DNA from: Octopus sinensis
Lineage: Eukaryota
Reading direction: 5' to 3'
Length of the DNA stretch: 64,000 nucleotides
Assembly: GCF_006345805.1 (NCBI RefSeq)
Contig: NC_043007.1
Location: 10,416,001-10,480,000, forward strand
Shown here: positions 1 through 12,829 of the stretch, piece by piece
Layout of the letters: each line of letters opens with the position of its first letter
Numbering within the stretch: position 1 is the stretch's first letter
Notes under the pieces: model-generated
What the model saw: the letters and a program-made list of their open reading frames with translations, nothing else
What the model was told of the DNA's origin: nothing
Databases searched by the model: none
Translations under genes and position numbers: made by a program

Positions 1-11
1 CTGAATGAAGC

Positions 12-87
<76 letters not shown>

Positions 88-90
88 CTA

Positions 91-238
91 AAGAATCTTT
101 CAGTTTCCGTCTCCCAAATCCATTCACAAGGCTTTGATCTGCCCGAGGCTATAGTAGAAGACATTTGGTTTGCCCAAGTAGGACTGAACCCGGAACCATA
201 TGGCTGGGAAGCAAGCTTCTTATCACTCAGCTACTCCT
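91..238 (-). mobile_element. tRNA-derived SINE head (family A), degenerate
   Basis: Matches the head of the fuller copy at 16524-16912 (tttcagtttccgtct..ccaaatcc..cacaaggcttt..cccgaggctatagtagaagac..tgaacccggaaccat). Confidence 0.8.
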
Positions 239-378
239 TCATCTATATTCAACAATACTTAACATCTAAGTGCCAACTTGTGGAAAGAGACACTGTGAGA
301 CTTTTGGGAACAGGATGCTGTCCGCCCAAACTGGATTAACCAGAAAAATTATTATCGAAAGCTCTGAGAAATTAAATA

Positions 379-379
<1 letters not shown>

Positions 380-456
<77 letters not shown>

Positions 457-458
457 TA

Positions 459-507
<49 letters not shown>

Positions 508-530
508 TAATAATGATAATAATAATAATG

Positions 531-587
<57 letters not shown>
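380..587. repeat. Compound (TAC)/(TAA)/(TGA) microsatellite
   Basis: Direct reading. Confidence 0.95.
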
Positions 588-589
<2 letters not shown>

Positions 590-1603
590 CACCATAGGAC
601 TGCAAAAATATCTACTTCAGAAGCAAGGAAGACTGATACAAATAGCGGCAAAACACGAGCAAAACAAAAAAACTGTTCTCAGTATTTAAGGAAGCTGACA
701 GCAACGGACCATGATAAAACGATGGGAAGAAAAGCCCCTTCATGGCAAATACTGGACTAAACTAAATGCAAAAGAAATAGACAAAGAAAAATCCCAGCGA
801 TAGTTGAGAAGCTCAGGACTCAAAGCAGAGATAGAGCGATTTTTAATTGCAGCACAAGACCAAAGCCTCCCCACCTGAAATTACTAAAAACATATAATGA
901 AAAGAAATATAACAAGTATCTGCAGAATATTTGGAGATGGACAAGAAACAATAAATCATATTATCTCTGGCTGCCCAGTCCTGGCTAAGAAGGAGTAGAT
1001 TCACAGACACGACAGAGTTGGGACCTACATACACTGGAAGCTGTGCCAACATTATGGAATAACAACAGAAAAAAGATGGTATAGGCACACATCAGAAAAG
1101 GTCACAGAAAATGAGAAAGCAACCATACTCTGGGATATGCCGATACACACAGATAGAGAAATTAAGGCCAACAGACCAGATATAGTTGTCAGAGATCACG
1201 AAGAAAAAAAAATGCTTTCTAATTGATGTATCAATACCAGCAGATGACAACGTTTCTCTAAAAGAAATGGAGAAACTTTCAAAATATAAAGACCTGGAAA
1301 TAGAGGTAACTAGAATGTGGAATCTAAAAACAGAAACAATTCCTATCATAGTAGGTGCATTAGGCATGATAAAAAATATTCAGACAAATACATAACAAAA
1401 ACACCAGGACTTACAAACACATATATCATACAGAAAATTGCACTACTAGGCACTGCATACATCCTACGCAAAACACTTTTAATACACTAACCATAGAGCA
1501 TCACAAAAAAAACACAGCACATACCCAAGGCACACAGAGCTGCGCTCGGTAATGAAGTGAAAGCACACTATAAAAATAAAACTACTGAATAATAATAATA
1601 ATG

Positions 1604-1676
<73 letters not shown>
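588..1676 (+). mobile_element. 5'-truncated R4/Dong-like non-LTR retrotransposon (RLE type) with (TAA)n tail
   Basis: Disrupted frames give WEEKPLHGK, LIAAQDQSL, CCHC-like knuckle (ETINHIISGCPVL), [37 protein letters not shown]; 3' UTR followed by (TAA)n at 1589-1676. Confidence 0.9.
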
Positions 1677-1678
<2 letters not shown>

Positions 1679-1740
1679 GCCCTGATGCAGTACCAGGCAG
1701 TGGCTCTCGTGACTTCTGATCTTAACTGATTGGAAGTGTT

Positions 1741-2480
1741 CAAAATGCCGATTCTGCAACGACATGATTGAAGCAGTGGACCACCTAATCTCTGGATGTA
1801 AAGTCTTAGCTCCAGTGGAGTATAAATTAAGACATGACAGAGTTGGCCAATATCTACACTGGCTAATAAGTCGGCATTACAATATCAAAACTGCCGACAA
1901 GTGGTATAATCACCACCCTGAGGCTGTAACTGAAGGAGAAAATGTAACCATTCTGTGGGACTTTCCAATACATACAGACCGAACCATCAAGGCCAATAAA
2001 CCAGATATTGTTGTGAAAGACCAAAACAATAAAGTTTGCTTATTGATCGACATGAGCATCCCCTGTGATCATAATATCTCAGCGAAAGAGTTTGACAAGC
2101 TCAGAAAATATAAAGACCTACTCATTGAAATTGAGAAAATGTGGCATCTCAAGGCGGTACAATACCAGTGATCGTAGGAGCACTAGGAATGATCAAGAAG
2201 GAACCGAAAATTATATGAGAATGATCCCTGGCTTACCATCTCTGCAAGAAGTGCAAAAGATTGTCTTAACTGGTACATCACACGTATTGAGAAGAGCATT
2301 GTCGATGTGAGAACTGTTGCTGCTCATGTATTTTAATTTAACTTTAAAAAAAAAAAAAAAATGAACGAACTATTGAGTTTGGTTTAATGGCCTACCAATG
2401 TATACTATGAGTTTCTTTGCCCTAGGAGTCGGGAAGACACTCGGCAAGAAATGGAAGCAAATTTGAAAGAAGAAAAAAAA

Positions 2481-2523
<43 letters not shown>
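1741..2523 (+). mobile_element. Second, different R4/Dong-like LINE 3' fragment
   Basis: ORFs 1764-2171 and 2065-2310: CRFC..DHLISGC, RHDRVGQYLHW, ILWDFPIHTDRTIKANKPDIVV, LLIDMSIP, KYKDL, SLQEVQKIVLTGTSHVLRRAL; (TAA)n tail. Confidence 0.92.
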
Positions 2524-2525
<2 letters not shown>

Positions 2526-3065
2526 GCCCTGATGCAGTACCAGGCAGTGGCTCTCGTGACTTCTGATCTTAACTGATTGGAAGTGTTATCATGTACATAG
2601 TATTGTCTTGGTATAAAAGATGGTCTACAGCAAATATTCTGCTCAATACCATAGATTTGTTTGTCAGTTGTTTGACCTTAACCAGTTGAGCATGTCCCTT
2701 ACTGGCTGACGATATGTGCATCTCTGATCACGAGCAGAAGTAGTGGGGGAGCATCATAGCCATATGTTGAGAGGGATTCTTTGGGGTTTGAATAATTCAC
2801 CTCTGGAAACATGGCTGTATCGTTCAACATCCTTAAACAATCCTTATTCAGGGACCTTTTCAGTGGGATAGGCTACTCGATCAGGCGAAAATTCTAACTG
2901 GGCCCCATCTGCAAGGTCATGTGCTGTTTATCTTGATATGGGATCACTATGTCGCGCACATATGGTTGTGATGCATGTGCCTGGTGTACCCTTATCAGAC
3001 GGGTAGTCATGATGTGTATACTGGGCTTCGTATATTTTACCCTAGTGTCACTTTGATAGCATGCT
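2524..3065 (+). mobile_element. ~540-bp non-coding interspersed repeat bounded by (TAA)n
   Basis: Four related copies at 2524-4905, each ending in ctctcact(tact)caataataat; no ORF. Confidence 0.8.
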
Positions 3066-3083
3066 CTGCTCTCTCACTTACTC

Positions 3084-3136
<53 letters not shown>

Positions 3137-3246
3137 TAATAATAATAATAATAATAATGATGATGATGATGATGATGATGATGCTGATAATAATAGTAAT
3201 AATAACAATAATAATAATAATGATAATGGTGATGATGATGATGATG

Positions 3247-3277
<31 letters not shown>

Positions 3278-3285
3278 TAATAATG

Positions 3286-3666
3286 TGGCTGACGATATGT
3301 GCATCTCTGATCACGAGCAGAAGTAGTGAGGGAGCATCATAGCCATATGTTGAGAGGGATTCTTTGGGGTTTGAATAATTCACCTCTGGAAACATGGCTG
3401 TATCGTTCAACATCCTTAAACAATCCTTATTCAGGGACCTTTTCAGTGGGATAGGCTACTCGATCAGGCGAAAATTCTAACTGGGCCCCATCTGCAAGGT
3501 CATGTGCTGTTTATCTTGATATGGGATCACTATGTCGCGCACATATGGTTGTGATGCATGTGCCTGGTGTACCCTTATCAGACGGGTAGTCATGATGTGT
3601 ATACTGGGCTTCGTATATTTTACCCTAGTGTCACTTTGATAGCATGCTCTGCTCTCTCACTTACTC

Positions 3667-3731
<65 letters not shown>

Positions 3732-4256
3732 TAATAATAATATTAATAATAATGATGATGATGATGATGATGATGATGCTGATAATAATAGTAATAATAA
3801 CAATAATAATAATAATGATAATGGTGATGATGATGATGATGATAATAATAAATAATAATAATAATAATGATAATAATGTGGCTGACGATATGTGCATCTC
3901 TGATCACGAGCAGAAATAGTGAGGGAGCATCATAGCCATGTGTTGAGAGGGATTCTTTGGGGTTTGAATATTTCACCTCTGGAAACATGGGTGGTTCTTT
4001 CAACATCCTTAAATAACCCTTATTCAGGGAATTTTTGAGCGGGATGGGCTACTCAACCTGAAGAAAATTCTAACTGGGCCCCACCTGCAAGGTCATGCGC
4101 TGTTTATCTGGATATGAGATCACCATGTCGCGCACATATGGTTGTGATGCATGTGCCTGGTGTACCCTTATCAGACGGGTAGTCATGATGGGTATATTGG
4201 GCTTCGTATATTTTACCCCAGTGTCACTTTGATGGCATGAACTGCTCTCTCACTCA
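3286..4256 (+). repeat. Two 5'-truncated copies of the 540-bp element separated by a compound TAA/TGA microsatellite
   Basis: 3286-3665 and 3878-4256 both begin tggctgacgatatgtgcatctc. Confidence 0.9.
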
Positions 4257-4306
4257 ATGATAATAATAATAATAATAATAATAATGATAATAATAATGAT
4301 AATAAT

Positions 4307-4500
4307 CTTTTCAACTATAGGCGCAAGGTCTGAAGTTTTGCGGGGGAGGTCTAGTTGATTACGTCGATCTCAGTACTCGACTGCTACTTATTTTACTGAC
4401 CCCGTAAGAAATCAAGGCCGAGTCGATATATTTGGAATTTGTAAAGGCGGACAAAATGCCGCTAAGCATTTCATCCGTCTTTGATAATCCCGCTAAGCAT
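4307..4500 (-). mobile_element. Degenerate SINE (family B-like)
   Basis: gattacgtcgatctcagtactcgactgctacttattt..ccgctaagcatttc resembles the cleaner copy at 27168-27396. Confidence 0.65.
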
Positions 4501-4644
4501 TGTGCTCAGGACTCTGTGATGGAGGATGTTGGGTGTTTGTTGCGGTTGAGTTTGACAGATTTTTATCGGTTTCTATCAATTAAAAAAATGCTTGTGGTGG
4601 TTGCTGCGTTTGCTGTTACTGCCGCTCTTCGCACTAGCGATGGT

Positions 4645-4905
4645 GGATAATTCACCTCTAGAAAAAAGAAATGTTTCGTTCATCATCCTTAAACAACCCT
4701 TATTCAGGGACCTTTTGAGCGGCTACTCAACCTGAATAAAATTCTATCTGGGTCCCACCTGCAAGGTCATGCACTGTTTATCTTGGTATGAGATCACCAT
4801 TTCGCGCACATATTTTTATGATGCATATTTATCATGGTGGGAATATTGGACTTCGTATATTTGTACCCCATCGCCACTTTGATGGCGTGTGCTGCTATCT
4901 CAATA
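4645..4905 (+). repeat. Diverged copy of the 540-bp TAA-associated element
   Basis: ataattcacctct..ccttattcagggacctttt..cccacctgcaaggtcat..ctcaataataat. Confidence 0.75.
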
Positions 4906-5025
4906 ATAATAATAATAATGATGATGATGACGATGATGATGATGAAAATACTACTATACTACTACTACTACTACTACTACTACTAATAATAATAATAATA
5001 ATAATAATAATTATTATTATTATTA

Positions 5026-5056
<31 letters not shown>

Positions 5057-5058
5057 CA

Positions 5059-5115
<57 letters not shown>

Positions 5116-5139
5116 TATTATCATTATTATTATTATAAT

Positions 5140-5330
5140 AAATCTCAACAGATCTTTAAACACGACAAAGTGACCATACTATGAAATATACAAATTCGCA
5201 GAGACCAAGAAGTTCAAACAAATCTTACTTATGTTATCGTCAAAGACAATGAAGAGAAGACGTGCTTCCTAATCTAATGTTTCAATGCAAACAGACGACA
5301 ACAGAGAAAATTTTGTGAATGCAAACATCA
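5140..5330 (+). mobile_element. Highly degenerate R4/Dong-like RLE fragment
   Basis: tgaccatactatg..gttatcgtcaaagac..gtgcttcctaat..gacgacaac parallels the ILWD/DIVV/FLIDV/DDN coding stretch at 1120-1250. Confidence 0.45.
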
Positions 5331-5641
5331 AAATATAAGCAACGTAATCATAATCTAAGGACTTCTACTTATATACGTCATACAGATAATATTACTGCCA
5401 CCAGCTGCACATTTATTCAATATTCTGATTACCACAAGAAATTAACGAAAGAGAAAATACTGTACTTACCCGATATGCACTTAAGTACTGCAGCTGTGGA
5501 TAAGTAAGCGAAGGAACAAAGTTTATAGCACAGGAACACTCTATGTCAACGGCTAGACAAATTGAACAGAATAGATAGAATCCAAAAATATATATAGGTT
5601 AAATATAGACAGAATGACCTGTTTCCTGCAACACTGTAGCA

Positions 5642-8600
5642 CACTACTAGAATGTCGTAGGCTAGTTTCCACGAAATCCACTTAATTGTTTCTATGATAT
5701 TGGGGATCCAATTAACACTTGGCACTCAAACGCAAACAAAGGGAAGCAAAAAAAAAAAGTCACAGAAAACATATACATTAATACCTATAATAGAAAATGA
5801 AAGTGTAAAGATATTATACATCTTGAGGAAGTGTAAAGATACTAAATATCTTAAGGAAGAATGAACACCTAAAGAAACTAAACACACTAGTAATGTTAAT
5901 AAGGGAACTAAAGAAGAAAGAAGGGATCCTAGTACATGCAGATAAAGCTGGTAACCTGTATCATTTAAAATACTCTTTATACCACACACTCAAAATCGAA
6001 ATCGAAAAACTATAAAGTGAAACATGCCAACAGCTTAACTAAACTTAATTTATAAGCTAAGAAAATTATGGAAAAATACAAATTAGAGGTAAATAATGAA
6101 CCATACCAGCCAGGAACCCCTACAATTAGCGTAATACACTAGTAGCAAAGCTTCAGCACGAGCACCTCTGTGAGACTAATATACCCCTCGAAATAGGACA
6201 TAGGTAGAATAAACAAGCATATCAAAGATAAATATATACCGACACTAAGGAATATTATAAAACTTAACTTCTGGTCCATACGAGGTAATAGATTGGTTTA
6301 AATATATCACCGGAAAAAAATCAAAGCAAATTCATACAACTAGATATATCCATCTGCTATGCCTCTATTAACCCTATCGCATTCAATAAAGTACTAATGT
6401 TCTCCATAAAAAAACAAAAAAAACTTTGAGCTAACTAGTGAAGAATCAGACGTAGTCGCAGCCGCCAGAAAGTCTATCATAGGCTTTTAAAGAAAATACT
6501 GGGTGAGAAAAGATAGGCCAGATATGTTCGAAATAACCATGAGATCAAGCGACTCCCTCTATATAGCCTATCTAGTAGGGATTTTTTAAATTCTGCATAA
6601 ATAAAGAATTTCCAAAGTTAGGGAGAGATTAATACAGAGATGACGCTCTGTGCATCTTGCAAAACGCTTCCACATAGAAATAAATAGACAGGAAAAAATT
6701 CTCCAAATTCTTCAAAATCATAGGGCTTTCCATATCACGAGAGTAGGACCACACCAGAGTCAACTTCTTAAATGTTACACTAGACCTAATCCGATCCTAT
6801 TTAAATCATACCATAAACCTAATGAAAACATTAACTGCACAAACTACAATAGCAATCACCCTAAGTGCATAACCCAATCTATAGTCAGAAACATCTCCAC
6901 CCACATGCGGCGAGCTGGCAGAAACGTTAGCACGCCGGGCGAAATGCTTAGCAGTATTTCGTCTGCCGTTACGTTCTGAGTTCAAATTCCACCGAGGTCG
7001 ACTTTGCCCTTCATCCTTTCGGGGTGGTCGATATAATCGACTTAATCCGTTTGTCTGTCCTTGTTTGTCCTCTCTGTTTTTAGCCCCTTGTGGGTAGTAA
7101 AGAAATAGGTATTTCGTCTGCCGTTACATTCTGAGTTGAAATTCCACCGAGGTCGACTTTGCCCTTCATCCTTTCGGTGTCGATAAAATTAAGTACCAGT
7201 TACGCACTGCAGTCGATGTAATCGACTTAATCCCTTTGTCTGTCCTTGTTTGTTCCCTCTATGTTTAGCTCTTTGTGGGCAATAAAGAAATAAGAATCAT
7301 CTCCACCCACATATCTAGACTGTTGGCTAATGAGGAGATATTTAAACTGAACGAGAATTACTTCAATAAAGTGTCAGAAGAATCAAGATACAAAGAGAAA
7401 TTGGTGTATAGGCCAATCAACAGACTCCACCCCCAAAAACTACTAGAATGTTGTAAGCTAGTTTCCACGAAATCCACTTAATTGTTTCTATGATATTGGG
7501 GATCCAATTACCACTTGTCACTCAAAAGGCAAACAAAGGGACGCAAAAGAAAAAAACAAATGTCAAAGAAAACATACATTCTTACCTATAATAGAAAATG
7601 AAAGTGTAAAGATATTATACATCTTGAGGAAGTGTAAAGATACTAAATATCTTAAGGAAGAATGAACACCTAAAGAAACTAAACACACTAGTAATGTTAA
7701 TAAGGGAACTATTATACCACACACTCAAAAACGAAATCGAAAAACTATAAAGTGAAACATGTCAACAGCTTAACTAAACTTAATTTATAAGCTAAGAAAA
7801 TTATGGAAAAATACAAATTAGAGGTAAATACTGAGCTATACCAGTCTAGAACCCCTACAATTAGCGTAATACGCTAGAAGCAAAGCTTCAGCATGAGCAT
7901 CTCTGTAAGACTAATATGCCCCTCGAAATAGGACATAGGTAGAATAAACAAGCACATCAAAGATAAATATATACCGACACTAAGGAATATTATAACACTT
8001 AACCGCTGGTCCATACGAGGTAATAGATTGGTTTAACTATATCACCGGAATAAAATCAAAGCAAATTCATACAACTAGATATATCCATCTGCTATGCCTC
8101 TATTAACCCTATGGTACTCAATAAAGTACTAATATTCGCCATAAAAAAACAAAAAAAAAACTTTGAGCTAACTAGTGAAGAATCAGACGTAGTCGCAGCC
8201 GCCAGAAAGTCTATCATAGGCTTTTAAGGAAAATACTGGGTGAGAAGAGATAGGCCAGATATGTTCGACATAACCATGAGATCAAGCGACTCCACCTATA
8301 TAGCCTATCTAGTAGGGATTTTTTAAATTCTGCATAAATAAAGAATTTCCAAAGTTAGGGAGAGGTTTATACAGGGAAGATGCTCTGTGCATCCTGCAAA
8401 ACGCTTCCACACAGAAATAAGTAGACAGGAAAAAATTCTCCAAATTCTTCAAAATCATAGGGCTTTCCATATCATGAGAGTAGGACCACACCACATTCAA
8501 CTTCTTAAATGTTACACTAGACCTAATCCGATCCTATTTAAATCATACCATAAACCTAATGAAAACATTAAATACACAAAGTACAATAGCAATATTGTAC

Positions 8601-9230
8601 CAAGGAGCACCAGTTGAAGGAAGACAACTCCAGCACAAACAGATACAGCCACAGACAGGGAGAGAGTACCGCTAGAAATAGCAGCCTACAAACACCTATA
8701 AAGAGAAAACTTAGAAACAATGGTAGACAGATAGAAATGAAGGTAGCAGAGACATACAGCAGGAGCTGTATTTATACAATAAATAATAGGAACAAGGAGG
8801 AATTAGGTCTCTGCAATTGTGCCAGGAATACAGTATGCCCCTTAGATTCCAAAATGTTTGACGAAGAACTTAATGTATAGATGCAAAATAACCTCTGAGA
8901 GAAGGATTACTTCTATATAAGAGCCAGCTCCCTAAATTTCAAAATGAGATTGGCTAGTCACTTAAATTCATCTAGAGATAGAAGGAAAATGAATAGCACG
9001 AGCCTAAGCAAACTAATCTGATCCATTAAATATAGGAAACACAACTATACCACGGAGTGGAGAAATAATAAGTACAGCTAAACCCTGGCGTGCCGAAGGA
9101 GGTAGATGTGAGTTGTGTCTAGAGGAGAACTACCAAATGTTTACATCGAGTCACAAATTATTTGATATCAAGTTTGAACAAGCCTTAAGATACTTGCATA
9201 CACATAACAAACTCTCAAGAAATTTATGGA
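5642..9230 (+). mobile_element. Degenerate Penelope-like element (RT + GIY-YIG), partly duplicated
   Basis: Remnants FDITM.SSD..LVG, LYR(D/E)DAL, YNSNHP; GIY-YIG region CPLDSKCL..MYRC..YI(G)..FKMRLASH..STSLSK..C.LCLEE at ~8835-9150; ~1.2-kb direct repeat 5642-6870 vs 7437-8600. Confidence 0.8.
6907..7297 (+). mobile_element. Dimeric SINE (family B) with 15-bp TSD
   Basis: Head gcggcgagctggcagaaacgttag, then a second headless body; catctccacccacat at 6892-6906 and 7298-7312. Confidence 0.9.
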
Positions 9231-10479
9231 AATTTCTAGATAACCCAACGTCCCACTCACAGTTAGGTGGGAAATGTAGGATAGAAAAGCATATCCTAAA
9301 CTCAAAATGTTCAAGGCCCTCTATAACCAACCTGGCATATATTCTACTCACTTTATACTACTAAACATAGACAAGACAGCCAGCAAATATATGAGTAACT
9401 AAAAATTTTACATGACAAGCTGTATACTTAGATCTAAGGTCGCCAGGTACCCAACCACTACAATGCACAAACAGACATGCCAAAACAGTAATATCAACCT
9501 TAACCTAGTTAAACAGAACACTGACTCAGGACAACAACGGGTGTGAAACAGGAGGAAACCGAACAAGCTTAAAAACTGATCAGATTTTAGTTTCAAGACA
9601 AGCTCCTACTACCTCCCAGTGAACCCCAACTAACAACTAACTACTCAATTCGCTTCGAAACTGGCCATATGGACAGACTCTGAAGAAGCTGTACAGGAAA
9701 TTTTTCCTGGTTGCATGTGCGACTGCCCGTACTTTGTGCAGTGCAAACACGTCTAGGTCGTAACAACCCTAAAAAAATATGCTGTATGTAGTTATAAAAC
9801 ATGAAATAGATCTTGAGGATGAACAAGTCTCCATATTCTATATCGTCATAATTATTGCTAATGTACACACCAGATTATATTACCATCTATGGAATTACCC
9901 ATCGGAGGAATTTACGGCGTGACTGACAGCTAATAGTAGTCATAGACGTTAAATACTAATCGATGTGGTTAGCTGTATCCTGGGACATGACTGAGACCCA
10001 CCATGGTATGCATCCGAATAATATATGTGTCTAAGGTTAGTAGAGTTAGAGGTTGGTACAACCGTCTAAGGGATAAAACTATCCGTTATACTTTTTAATT
10101 CAATGCAAATAGACTGTATCCCGTCTAACAGCTGTTTCTGCTTCCAGTGTTATATGGTATTTCCATTGAAAATTCTAAGAATAATAGTCATCATATTTGG
10201 TAATACATCTGATCTGGAACAAGGTGCTTCATCAGAGTAAAGAAAAATACATACATAAAAGAAAAGAAAAGAGAAGAAAAGAAGAGACTTTAGAAAAAGA
10301 TAAAAGGCTTAATATATCTAAATCATACCATTTTGCTTATGTGTCGCTTCGGGACGTTGAGTAAATTAATAAACTTAGAATAGTAATTGGTGGGTTAATT
10401 TTTCTATGGGGCTAACAGGGTCTATAAGTAATAAAAAAGTTTTAAAAATTACAATAACGGAATACGCCAATCACGAATT

Positions 10480-11168
10480 GTTGTCATGGCAATCCCTGAG
10501 GTGTGAGCTGGAGCATTGGCGTGATGAAAAAGGACTCCTCTGGTGAGCATTTCCGGCCTTTTTACTTTGAGTGCTTCTCGGATAAAGTGCACTTGGTGCG
10601 TTTCTGTTCAGGAATCAAAAGGCGAGGGACCCACCTTGCAGGAACCTTTGAGAACCCAAGTTCTTTTGTCACAATGGTGTCTTCTCTTTCAGTTGAGATG
10701 CCCAGTCTCTCAGCTATTTGACGACATGATATTTGGTGATCTTGCATTATCATACCAAGAGCAAGGTCAAGGTTGTCCTTGACGGTTACAGTTGGAGGTC
10801 TCCCTGGTCTGGGATCATCTTCCATACTCACCCTGCCACGCTTGAATTCATATACCCAGCGCTTGACTGTTGCATATGAAGGAGCATTGTCTGTTAAGGT
10901 TCTCGCCATATCTTCATGGATTTCTGATGGAGTCATGCCTTTCAAATGAAGGTACATTATTACAGCGCAATACTCAGTTTCCTACATTTTCCTTGTAATC
11001 TCAACACTTGTTTATTCAAAAATCTGCAACAAAAAAAAATTTAAATATCAGAATCATGAAAATGAGCAAGAATACTCCGAGAAGACTGCACTTACCAGAA
11101 AAAATTGTTCCAGCTATATAGCAGCCTCGTTTCTAGGTTAGGCTCAGAACTTTTTATACATACCTCGT
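10480..11168 (-). mobile_element. Internally deleted mariner transposon
   Basis: ORF 10562-10957 has the mariner HTH and WVPRLL, then jumps to a GVLFHHANAPAHT remnant; end reads tacgaggtatgtataaaaaagttctgagcc on minus. Confidence 0.9.
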
Positions 11169-11179
11169 ATATATATATA

Positions 11180-11221
<42 letters not shown>

Positions 11222-11836
11222 ACTAAAAATACTTACAATGTTTAATAGAATGATGTAGCGTGAAACGATCGTACCAAATTACCGAAGATATTCTTGTTGC
11301 TTATTTTGATTATAATCACCCCATGGATTTATATGGATAACACCGTACAAAATTCTTGTGCATCTGACTTAAGTACCGTATTCATTTGAATCTAAATTTT
11401 GCATATATATGTGTGTTTATGTCTGTATGTTTGTGTGTATTTGTATGTGCGTGAGTGTGTGTGTGTGTATACACCAAACAATTATAAAGAATGCGGAAAC
11501 TGGTACTTCTTCAAATATTTCTTTTAATTTTGCAGTTAGTCTCAAATAGCTCTTCGTTTTGAACCGCGCTTGTAGAAAGAAAGTCCTTGATTGAAGGTGT
11601 ACAAGCGGAATATGCTGCGTTGCATAGGCAACTACATATACTCTGTACAGCAGAAAGACGAGTCTATCATTTGAAATAACTCATTCTGTATGGCTAATCG
11701 TTAAATTAATAGAAAAATTTCATGATGTACCAGACACTAAATTCTTTGTAATTCTTTGAAATATACACTCCCGAAACCTGAAACACAGAATACAGGCGAG
11801 CTATTATAGTAATTGCTTGAATAGTTTATATACTTA

Positions 11837-11935
<99 letters not shown>

Positions 11936-11963
11936 CACGCGCGCACGCACACACACACACACT

Positions 11964-12016
<53 letters not shown>

Positions 12017-12220
12017 GTGTATATATATATATGCATATGTGCTATGCTTGTATGTATATATTAAATGAATCATAGGTGGGAGCTTCCTGAATTACACTTG
12101 TGACACTTGAATTCCATAAATACATTTCGACCATTGCGAAACTTAATAAGAAATATACTAATATATATCACGTTCTATTTTCGTGTCTGTTCCTTCAAAC
12201 CTACATATGATATAAACACG

Positions 12221-12260
<40 letters not shown>

Positions 12261-12389
12261 ATATGTTGTGTAGTGAATTTATCGAAAGAAGTCCCATAAA
12301 GAAGAATGAACATTAGAAATCTTTTTTGTAAACCTCCAAAATAAAGGACGAATCTACATTCAACTTTTTTACACCTATATATATATATA

Positions 12390-12560
12390 TATATGTATAC
12401 ATATATATACATACAAATGGGTGGTTTGTCCAGGACTGTTTGAAGGAATTTGTCCAAAGACTTCTTGAATTTTGTGTGGTCAGTTTCTTTTTTGACGTGT
12501 CCTGGTGTAATGTTGAAGAGAGCGGGTCCAATTGAGGTGAAATAGTTGTGCCGTATTGTC
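12390..12560 (-). mobile_element. CR1-like LINE 3' fragment
   Basis: [36 protein letters not shown]; similar to the 3' end at ~37950-38070. Confidence 0.7.
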
Positions 12561-12667
12561 GTTATGTTATATGTATCCATATATATACATATATATATGT
12601 ATATATGTATATGTATATATATATGTATATATGTATGTTAATATATAATTATACATACATATATATA

Positions 12668-12829
<162 letters not shown>

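Noticed and set aside
2720-2752. Short U1 snRNA-like words (tgatcacga, gtagtggggga) in the 540-bp repeat
   Set aside because: Only two short matches with wrong spacing and no 5' ATACTTACCTG
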